A DNA stretch of 64,000 bases from a virus: positions 30,286 to 94,285 of the IMG/VR virus record IMGVR_UViG_3300030012_001865; one strand, written 5' to 3'. Positions 46,701 to 55,100 of this stretch are shown in pieces. The notes below the pieces were generated by a model, which worked only from the letters and a program-made list of their open reading frames with translations, did no database searches and was not told the DNA's origin. Within the stretch, counting starts at the first letter, position 1. Every line of letters begins with the position of its first letter. The translations under genes and the position numbers were made by a program.

Positions 46701-49333
46701 AGTTTACGTGCTATCTGCGGCATCATAGCTGCTATACCTTCTCTTATAGGCACAAGATTGTCTTCGTAGTCTTTTATTCTTTCTCTTAAAAAATTAACTT
46801 CTTTTTGTACATCTACTTTAGTTACAGGTAACCCTAGAGGATCGTTAGGATCTGTTTGCTCTCTACCAAAAGTTTCAGCAAATTGCTCATCAGACATATT
46901 AGATATGTCATCTAGCATTTCTAATAATATATCTATTTGCCCTGTTTCAGAAAACAGTTCTATAGTTTTAAATATTTTAAATGCCTCGTCTGTTTTTAAT
47001 TTAAATATATCATTTTTTTCTAGAGCTTCTCTTTGTCGTTGCTCTGACTTAGTTAGACTTGCAAGATGATGTATATGTTTTAAAACATCTCCTCCTTCCT
47101 GCACCGCATTTATATCATCAACAACTTTTTTAGTTCTTTCGTATTTTTCTTGATAATCTTGCCACTCTGTAGGTGTGCCTCTAAAATATGATCCACCAGC
47201 TTCACCTAGCTTACCTAATAATGCTCCTAAAAACATAGCTTGTTGACCGTGCAGTTCTTGTGGTGTTTGCCACCATCCTTTAGCCATAGATATTCCCATA
47301 CCTATACCACCGTCTATAACATCTGATATATCATTTAAATCAGGTGTGTATTCATGAGTAAAATAATCTTTTGCACCTCTTTCTAGCGCATACTGTATCC
47401 ACTCTTCGTTCATTTCTGCTAGCGGACGTTTCCACCAGTTCTTAGCCCATTCTTTTACCCATCCTGCTTTGCCTAATTCTTTAAATATAGTTTTACCGCC
47501 TTGAGTTGCTATTCTAGCCTTAAGGTATTTACTAAATAAATTAGTTGAGCCTCCCCCAAATAAATTTTTAAACATTATAAGGTTAGACGCTCCAACGACT
47601 ACAACATTTAAACCCCACGCTATATTAGCATAAGCCTCTGCTGTGTCTCTTATGTCTTGCTCAGACATACCTTGATACCTAGGGTCTCCTTCAGCTTGTA
47701 GTTTTGTAATAAGATCTATAGAGTTTTTAAGAATCATGTTAGCCTCAATAGAAGCTTCACCAGCTGCAGATATTAAACCTGCACCTATATAATTAGCCTT
47801 TGCTAATCGTGCAGACGTCATACCTGCTCCTTGTATGGATCTTCTAGCTAGTTGAAATCCGCCAGATATAGTAGACTTTCTAAACATAGCAGTTGCAGCT
47901 CTAGCGTAGTTTTTAGGATTAGCAATTTTCATCATTTTTGCTAATCCTTGTGCTACTTTTAATTCTGCAGCTACACCCCCTGTTGCAGCAGCACCTAATA
48001 AAAATCCTAAACCATCCATACCTTGGTCTGCCCAAAAGTTTGCTGTACCGATACTTTGTAACAAAGACATTTCTTCTTCAGCTGCAGATTTATGTATAGG
48101 GTATTCTTGCTTATACCATTGTTTAAACTCAGAAAATATTTCGTTACCAGGGTTATTAAATACACCACTGAATCTGCCTTGAGACCATGCAGAAGGTATA
48201 CCAACCATAAGTGTATTAGTTGTGCTTAAAGATACTTCAAGAAAAGAACTTAATAAATTACCAATACCTCTAATAAATTTATTAGCGTTTGTTTGTTTTA
48301 GCGCAGTCTCTTCTTTTATATTAGTACCTGGATATATATCTATACCGTAATCACCAAACAATGATAAACCTGTTCTAGCTTCTCTACGTATAGCAGCTTC
48401 AGACTTGCTTTTCCCTATAGGAAAATACATATCCATAGGGAATTCACTTGTTACCCCTACAGGCAATATTCCAAATATACCGTCTTTATCACTTTTTATT
48501 ACAAAGGGCGTTCTTTCGTTACTGTAGTGTTCGTAAGGATTATCTACATATCTACCAAAGTCTTTACCTTCTGTAACTTCAAAATTAGAAAAAGTATTTA
48601 AACCTGTTGTTTTAGGTTTTTCTACAATAGGAGACTCACTCATAGCCTCTTCATAGGTAGTACCATACTTTAAAAAGAATTGACTTTGTGGGCCTATTTC
48701 CATCATGCCATTTTCATCTACAAGATCGTCGTAAGCTTTAGAGTATCCTTCTGCAGTATTATAATCATTGTGTTTATAAGAATCTTTTACGCCATATATA
48801 GGAAACCCTTCTTTTTTAGTTACATCGCCTTCTTGATGAAAAGGCTGATCATCAGCAGGACCGTATACAGTATCAACTGTTTCGGGATTATTAAATTCTA
48901 AATGAAAATGTGCCTGCCCCTCGCGGGTTCTTTCGTCTATAAGCTCAGCGTTATGTCTTCTTAAAAAGTCTGCACCACGTTGACTTAATTTTGTAGCTTC
49001 TGCATCATCAAAGAAATAGTTTACAATATCTTTACCATCTCCTTCACTGTATCTAACACCAAAATCTATAGCGTTACCGTGGTTGTGATGTGAACCTTCA
49101 TCTCCATGTCTATGTGCACTAGTGATTGTAAAGTCTGTGCCTGCAGAAGATGCTAATTCCATCAAACCTAAGCCTGCGTATTTACCTACTTCTGGTCCAG
49201 TAACACCTCTTAAATTTATAGAAGATATTGGAGTACGAATATCTGTTTCAGGTAAATTAGTTAGAGGATCTAAAGTTTGCGTATTCTGTATTGGGTCCGC
49301 TACAGGTAAGTTTAAGTCACTTATTTTAACCAT
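43784..49333 (-). CDS. Large ejected cargo protein with N-terminal M15-like peptidase, hydrophobic helices and an E3-binding domain
   Basis: 1849 aa; ITSAHR..SHH.HGNAIDF...HFHLEF; Gly/Ala-rich membrane-like segments; ITPSAQAYADANNIDISNIQGTGKNGRILKKDV. Confidence 0.8.
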   Translation of the reverse strand: MVKISDLNLPVADPIQNTQTLDPLTNLPETDIRTPISSINLRGVTGPEVGKYAGLGLMELASSAGTDFTITSAHRHGDEGSHHNHGNAIDFGVRYSEGDGKDIVNYFFDDAEATKLSQRGADFLRRHNAELIDERTREGQAHFHLEFNNPETVDTVYGPADDQPFHQEGDVTKKEGFPIYGVKDSYKHNDYNTAEGYSKAYDDLVDENGMMEIGPQSQFFLKYGTTYEEAMSESPIVEKPKTTGLNTFSNFEVTEGKDFGRYVDNPYEHYSNERTPFVIKSDKDGIFGILPVGVTSEFPMDMYFPIGKSKSEAAIRREARTGLSLFGDYGIDIYPGTNIKEETALKQTNANKFIRGIGNLLSSFLEVSLSTTNTLMVGIPSAWSQGRFSGVFNNPGNEIFSEFKQWYKQEYPIHKSAAEEEMSLLQSIGTANFWADQGMDGLGFLLGAAATGGVAAELKVAQGLAKMMKIANPKNYARAATAMFRKSTISGGFQLARRSIQGAGMTSARLAKANYIGAGLISAAGEASIEANMILKNSIDLITKLQAEGDPRYQGMSEQDIRDTAEAYANIAWGLNVVVVGASNLIMFKNLFGGGSTNLFSKYLKARIATQGGKTIFKELGKAGWVKEWAKNWWKRPLAEMNEEWIQYALERGAKDYFTHEYTPDLNDISDVIDGGIGMGISMAKGWWQTPQELHGQQAMFLGALLGKLGEAGGSYFRGTPTEWQDYQEKYERTKKVVDDINAVQEGGDVLKHIHHLASLTKSEQRQREALEKNDIFKLKTDEAFKIFKTIELFSETGQIDILLEMLDDISNMSDEQFAETFGREQTDPNDPLGLPVTKVDVQKEVNFLRERIKDYEDNLVPIREGIAAMMPQIARKLSNDPNVNAQTLALIEQKLAYYSYMSKDFDRRSDDINTALLNLTAGIVNMEGFKGLELTKKDLNDSKVLQEVFSKFVEQLEQMSGAEINLNDLEMQQLFDLFADGLLLARELQAFQEMITGIYNNPAKEFEQAKKALDERDEAIKKAEEQIASVVESGEAAENATKNEENKESNERSKEDPPTPNQVDNVSDLEQKMQEELETLSFDEATQMKLDAVKKRDKARYRRELIRAANESAKGKNIVNKYKAQIKLLDPNATIAERIMAKKFLEEGGPYSPAELSQIEESINKILNKELLSQYDNKINAYYNAEVKAEGKKESPRPNQLNITPSAQAYADANNIDISNIQGTGKNGRILKKDVIKAQRSATVNESIQTTNKATERDPEVPSNDTAAEENENLQVIISKEDDTLQAGIEKDKPVKLQSILTAAWKSVRNFFNNTPGTDTTTSNYLENPNTGDITQQDKDIVWEIDFDYIELREGGQYPRGTVNKLKNKQDLTDEELKVIPIKGTLTTNEGTTLTFYMHEEPYIFSNMDPSKWDQAMQELKDFRRDFYNLYQKDKQATAKIEAMSGGHLDTRKGQKNNLATVLNNGDPRVRDQKVIFVFNDGSEYVDAFGRTYPELSLYATNPDTKGAVYMPIRMNNGSIFPLRVSIENLNRPVAELLYTIYTDRISKKILLNDIVSEAWINDYIKTRDFGDQAEFMQSLFSYISNSELTPTFSELLNMLVYENDQITDKHMFRFDVKNNLLKIANETEGIISVESYSAQDIENNKEKIIDWFVENKRFNVQRSRTSDPNYVDLLVENLVVNTSAFTHRATGSPFIQPSIRMSVINSPTEYAKEVKEEKPPILELQSVEDDDAGEILMESVKQEMIEDGITKAEESEAADEIVTDLNTTMSVEETEAAINAAMFASLVEEQVTPEIDDIVEEVEVKRESLPEQDNNEPSWMNDLEALDDIDSDIDMSNLEEDDQTPCK

Positions 49334-49336
49334 AGT

Positions 49337-52117
49337 TTATTGTATTTGTATTCCAGATAACAAACTCTGTACTTGTGCATCACCATCAAAGATTCTGTAT
49401 ATTAAAGCCTCTAAACTAGGAGCTTCTGTTTCACCATTTTCAAATTCTATTGGCGTTATATTACTTGCAACTCTCAAGTTTTTATCTGCATCACCTGTTG
49501 GTCTATAGAAATACATAGAATATGTTTCAGACATTGGCTGTGCAGTAACTGCTTCTCCAGCATCTATATCTCTACCTGCCATAAGTCTCTTACGTTCTAT
49601 ACGTAGTTGATCTGTAGTAGGATCAAATAATAATTCTCCAGTTTCTTTATTTCTTATAGGCCCTTGACTTAACATTTTAGGATCTAATACTCTAAACTCA
49701 AACTCATCATTGGTAGAAGTTACTATACTCGATGTAGCAGTTTCTATACCTGATGCCTGTAGCGTTGGCAAGTATTGCATGTTTAATCTCATCTGTACAC
49801 CTTGAGCCACTCTTTCTGCACCTATTTGCTGTGCTCTTTGAGTTGTCATACCTTGTGATCTAGCTTCATCTGGATTAGTATACAGCTGTTGCCCTTCAAA
49901 TATATATTGATCTGCTAATGAATTATAAGCGCTTACAGATTTATCAGCATCCATAGTTATAATCATTTTATCTAATTGATTTATATAATCACCTACATTT
50001 TTACCAACTGTTGCTAGATTGTTAAGCATAGAGAAAGGTATAGGTTGTGGCTCTTTGTTTCCAACTTTATACCATTTAGGATCTAATACAAAGTATGGTT
50101 TACCTTCAAACAATCCTTCACCTAAGTATAGCTGTGGAGCCCAAGAGGTAGATACTCTAACCCCTTCTGAATCTATTTGTTCTCCTGAAATTGCTCCTCT
50201 AATTTTCTCAAAAGCATCAGCGTAAAGTTCTTGAACAGATCCTGCATCAGGTTGTAACATGTCCATGTAAGGACCTCCTTGATTAGTTACAAAGTCACTA
50301 CTTCTTCTTTGTGTTCTATTATATTCTTGGTTATCTGTGTCTGCAGTAGGTTGATGATATGTAAACTGTCTATCTACATCTGTTATATTTTCAAAGCGCT
50401 CAAACTTATTTGCATAATCTTTATATAATCTTAGTACATCGCCAGGTATGTTAGCTCCTATTAACTCTTCAACACCAGTTACCGTATAATCTTCTATTAA
50501 TCTATCTAGATCTACTTCACTATAGTCAAATAGATACTGTGTAATAAGTTTAAAGTGGTTATGTAACGCTGCATATGCTGCAATATCATCATCAGAGAAC
50601 TGTGCTCTTTCATTGAATTCATCATAAAATGCTTTAGTCTCAGGAGATAATCTTTCCATTGCCTTTTCACCTATGGCTTTTCCAAACTTAGTGTAGTCTA
50701 ATATATTTTCCAAAATAGTTTTATCTTTTAAAGTACCTGTTTTTAGAGGGAACTCTAACTTAGCAAGGTTATCTAGATCTGTTTGTATTGCAGTTATCTC
50801 ATCGTTAAACGCTTGCGTTTCTTCAGGCCCTACATTTCCTTGTTCTAATTTGGTTTGTAAGTCTGTAAGTCTAGCTTTTTTGCTTCCTACTTCAGCTTGG
50901 TAGTCTTCATAATTAGTTACTCTACCTGTAGCATCTCCTAAAGGAATTTGTTGTGTGTCATAACTACCTCCTAAAGGTATACTATATCCTACTGTACTAG
51001 TTGATCCATCTTTACCACCTGCACCTGTCATAGATATTCTATCTACTGCGCTTACACCAGAACCAGCTGCAATCTGATCTAACAATGCTTCTCTTTGCAT
51101 AGTTCTAAATTGATTAGATGCCGCTTCATTTTCTCCTACACGTAAGATTTCATCTCTTATCATGTTTTGTTTTATAGGTAGATTCTGATTGTATTGCTCA
51201 GGACTATCTACGCCTGCCATTTGCATTTGCATAAGAGCTACCAAAGGGTCATCTGACAATGGCAGTACTGTAGGATCTTTTTGTGAGTACAATTCAAATG
51301 CGCTTCCGTGCATGTCAGGATTGTATTGTTCTACTAATCCTAAGTCGTATGCTTCATTTGCCCAGTCTCTATACTCAGGCATTGCATTTAAGAATCTATT
51401 TGTAAGTTCTCTAGCTCCTTCAGCTGTTGTATACTCTCTTTTTGTAATTACATCTTTGTATCCTACTATGGTTTGTCCATCAGGACCATATTTAGGTTCC
51501 ATGTTTACACTAGAGATTTGATTTTTATTTATCATCTCTTGTATCTTAAACATGTCATCAGTAACATTCTCAGGATGGAATTGTACAGGACCTCCTGTAA
51601 ATTCTGTTCCTTGTGGCATTCTATCTATTTCACCTGCTTTAAATGCTTCTAAGTTTTGATTATACATTTGTGTTTGCTTAGCAAGCATAGCGTTAGCTCT
51701 ATCTTGTGTATACAATTTTTTAGTTACACCGTCTTGTAAAGCTGCTCTCTGGTTTTGATATGCTTGACCAGCTTTCTTTAATCTTTTACCTGCGTCAGAC
51801 ATACCTGTATAATAATCGTATGTTAACTGTTGCATAGGAGCAGCCATTTGTGTAAGATCTCCGCCTGATGCTTCATATAACTCATTCATACGATCCATAT
51901 AAGGTTTTGTAAGAACAGACGCCTCGTCTTCTGTACCAGGTATTACTGAATACGAATCTAGTTCTTGCATAAATGCTATATTAGACTTAGCTGTTGCATC
52001 GAACAGTTGTTCTTGTGCCAAGTTTCTTTGATATACTTCCTGATAAGGGTAGGGAGAGATTTGTGTCTGCTCCATTGGCCCTGCCATCATCATTCCTGTT
52101 AGTCCTCGTACTGCCAT
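49337..52117 (-). CDS. Ejected cargo protein
   Basis: 926 aa, Cys-free, between the muzzle-adjacent cargo gene and the RNAP block. Confidence 0.7.
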   Translation of the reverse strand: MAVRGLTGMMMAGPMEQTQISPYPYQEVYQRNLAQEQLFDATAKSNIAFMQELDSYSVIPGTEDEASVLTKPYMDRMNELYEASGGDLTQMAAPMQQLTYDYYTGMSDAGKRLKKAGQAYQNQRAALQDGVTKKLYTQDRANAMLAKQTQMYNQNLEAFKAGEIDRMPQGTEFTGGPVQFHPENVTDDMFKIQEMINKNQISSVNMEPKYGPDGQTIVGYKDVITKREYTTAEGARELTNRFLNAMPEYRDWANEAYDLGLVEQYNPDMHGSAFELYSQKDPTVLPLSDDPLVALMQMQMAGVDSPEQYNQNLPIKQNMIRDEILRVGENEAASNQFRTMQREALLDQIAAGSGVSAVDRISMTGAGGKDGSTSTVGYSIPLGGSYDTQQIPLGDATGRVTNYEDYQAEVGSKKARLTDLQTKLEQGNVGPEETQAFNDEITAIQTDLDNLAKLEFPLKTGTLKDKTILENILDYTKFGKAIGEKAMERLSPETKAFYDEFNERAQFSDDDIAAYAALHNHFKLITQYLFDYSEVDLDRLIEDYTVTGVEELIGANIPGDVLRLYKDYANKFERFENITDVDRQFTYHQPTADTDNQEYNRTQRRSSDFVTNQGGPYMDMLQPDAGSVQELYADAFEKIRGAISGEQIDSEGVRVSTSWAPQLYLGEGLFEGKPYFVLDPKWYKVGNKEPQPIPFSMLNNLATVGKNVGDYINQLDKMIITMDADKSVSAYNSLADQYIFEGQQLYTNPDEARSQGMTTQRAQQIGAERVAQGVQMRLNMQYLPTLQASGIETATSSIVTSTNDEFEFRVLDPKMLSQGPIRNKETGELLFDPTTDQLRIERKRLMAGRDIDAGEAVTAQPMSETYSMYFYRPTGDADKNLRVASNITPIEFENGETEAPSLEALIYRIFDGDAQVQSLLSGIQIQ

Positions 52118-52121
52118 AATT

Positions 52122-55100
52122 TTAGCTTATAAATTTTCCTGTTTGTGTGTCAAATATTCTGTTGCCTGCCGTCATGTATCTACCACCTGTTCCTCCTGCT
52201 CCTGGAGAACTTGCAATTTGTCCTGGACTTACATTGTTTCCGTACATTTGTCCGAAATCAATATTGAAGTTTCCTTCTTTAAATCTAGCTGTGTTAGAAA
52301 GATCTCTAAATAAGTTATTTCTCTCTACTGCTAAAGCTGTATTAGCTGCTTGACCTATTCCTTCTTGGAACATTTGATATGGCATAGCTTGTATACCCAT
52401 ATTCATTTGATCAACTCTAGATTCTACACCTTTATTGTATCGATCAAGGCCAAAGTTAAATCTTTGTGCTTCATTTTCTAACTGTCTATTTAGATAATTA
52501 GTTCTTGCAAATTGTTGTCCTATATTAGGAGCCATGCTAGAAGCCATAGCCTGTCGTCTTCTTGGGTCTGGATTTGCGCCCAAAGCTGTTGCAGCTATTT
52601 GTAATGATGGTGATATTTGAGAATACGGATCTATTTTATTAGGACGCATTCTACCACTTAATTGATAATCAGAGGCGTTAAGTAATTCAGGCGGATTAAT
52701 TATACCTGCTATACCACCTACAGTATTATATATAGAAGATGCATAAGGAAGTAGATCTTTTAAACCGAACTTATTACCATCACCAGTATTATTAGTATTA
52801 GTATTAGTGTTAGTAGTGTTAGTATTGTTAGTGTTAGTATTATTAACAGTAGTATTAGTATTAGTATTAGTATTAGTATTATTACTAAATATATCTGTTG
52901 CTGGAGTATAATTTCCTAAATCTATTTGATTATCTCCCGTAGATGTACCAGAAGTTACTATTTCATCTTGCGGCATCGTTCCGAAAAGTGACATTGTTTG
53001 TGGATTATTAAATTGTGGAAACATATCCGTTTGCATAGTATCCTCATTTAATTGTCCTACCTGCATATCAAATGATCCTATGCCTTCAGGCATTCCTGGT
53101 AACATTGTTCCTCCACTCATCAAAGCTCCACTAGCAGTGGAGTAAGGCCCTGTTATAGGAAAATTAAAATTAAACATACCCTCTTGTGCTTTAGGAGGTT
53201 TATTTCTGAATCGTATACTCATTCTATCTTTTTGTTGTTCTATAGGAATCCTTGAATGTCCCCTATACCTACCGCCTATAAGATTTTGTGGCTGCATTAT
53301 ACTTCGATCTGGGAGAGAATATATACCTGTCATAGAATCAGGTATATTAAATCTTAATGCATCTCTAGAATATGTAGGCCCTTCACCTGTCATACCTACT
53401 AGACTATTTTTAGAGTAGTCAACATAAAAAGGAGGGTTTGTATTTATCATTCCATTTTTTGCTTTCATATATGTTCCCCCACGTTTTGCCATATTAGTTT
53501 TATTACCGTTATTTTTTTGTTGCTCATCTACCTCTTCTTGTACTTGAGCCATAAGATTTCTTTTCTCTAACTCACCTTGCTGTCTTTCTATAAAATCAGT
53601 GCTTTTTATTTTTTCATTTGCTTCTGCAATCTTTTTATATAAAGCTTTAACTCTACTAGATCTACCTTGTAAATTACTAACTACGGTAGTTTCTCCAGGT
53701 GGTAGCACCATGTCAACTCCTCCTTTAGAATGAGGTTGATCGCCTTTTATTTCATAAGCACCTTCACCTAAATTATTTAATCCTGCGTTAGGATTTAAAC
53801 TTTGTATCTGTCCTCCTTGAGTTAAAAGTAGTTCACCACTTTCTGCCTCTATGTCTGGGCTTTGAGTTATACCGCCCTCTTCATATTTGTACATCATAGT
53901 TCCGTATTTAGCATATGGAGATGGTGACCCCATAAATATTCCTGACATGTTTTGAACTGCTTGTGGGTTTTGCATTCCATATAAATTTCCTACAGCAGAT
54001 CCTATGTTTCCTGCAGTAGATCGTGGCTGTCCCACTCCTGACGCATTTAATGCTTGTCCTGCCGCATCTAAAGCCATACCAGATCCTGGTACAGCTACAT
54101 TTAATGCTTGTTTACCTACCTGTCCTACTGCAGAACCTATACCTTCTCCAATCGCACCAGCCGTTTCACCAAATTTTGTTCTGTATCCGTACTTTTCATC
54201 AAAGCCGAAGTCAGTTCCTAATGCTGATTCTATAGGTGATAGACCAGTGTTAACCGAAGCAACTGCTGCATCTCTAAGATGTCTACCTGCTTTAGTTCTT
54301 TTAAAAAAGCCTCCTCTTGCGTATTTATAAATAGTATCTTTCATAGGATCAAAGTTAGGGTTAAATAGTGAGTCTTCGTATCTACGAAAATTTTGGTATT
54401 CACTATCGTTATATGGGTCAAATGTTTCTGCTCCAGGCATACCCATTCTTATACCTCTATTTCTCATAGATTGAATAGTCATTGCCTCAGCTTCTTCAGG
54501 AGAAGGACCAAGTGAGTCTATCAAATTATATAAACCACGTCCAGCACCATAAGTAGCAAGTCCTGCGCCACCGTACAGGCCTGCTCCTTTTAATAGATAC
54601 CCGTAAGCATCATCTTTTATAGCTGCGTTGTATTGAGGAAAATTATATGCGCTCGGATTAGAAGGTATTGCTCTAAACTGTGGTGCATCAACCATAATTT
54701 TTTTAGTAGTTCCACTTCCTATAAATTTAGCCTTAGGAATTTGTATCATTGATTTAGGACTTTTTGCAGCAGTAGTGTTATATCTGTCAATTCTTTTATT
54801 TAGATTTTTTAATTCTATATTGTCTATATTATCTAACATTTTAAGACCAAAGTTGCTATCATTAAATAGCAGGCTTAGTCCTTCTTCTTCTGGATCAATT
54901 ACATTTGCTAAGTTTTTAATACCTTGGCCTCCTCTTAAATCACCTAAGTGTATTGCTGTCGCTTCTTTTGCTCGCCCTGCTGCAGTTATAGAACCATCAG
55001 CTCTAAACAAAGGTCCATCTCCTTTATACATTTTTAAAAGCTTATCTAGTTGAGTAGACTGTGTTTCAGTAAGTTTACCACCCTTTTTTAAATCTTTAAA

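Noticed and set aside
37092-49333. Zincin (HExxH) protease domain often found in crAss RNAP-block proteins
   Set aside because: No convincing HExxH zincin motif noticed in these translations
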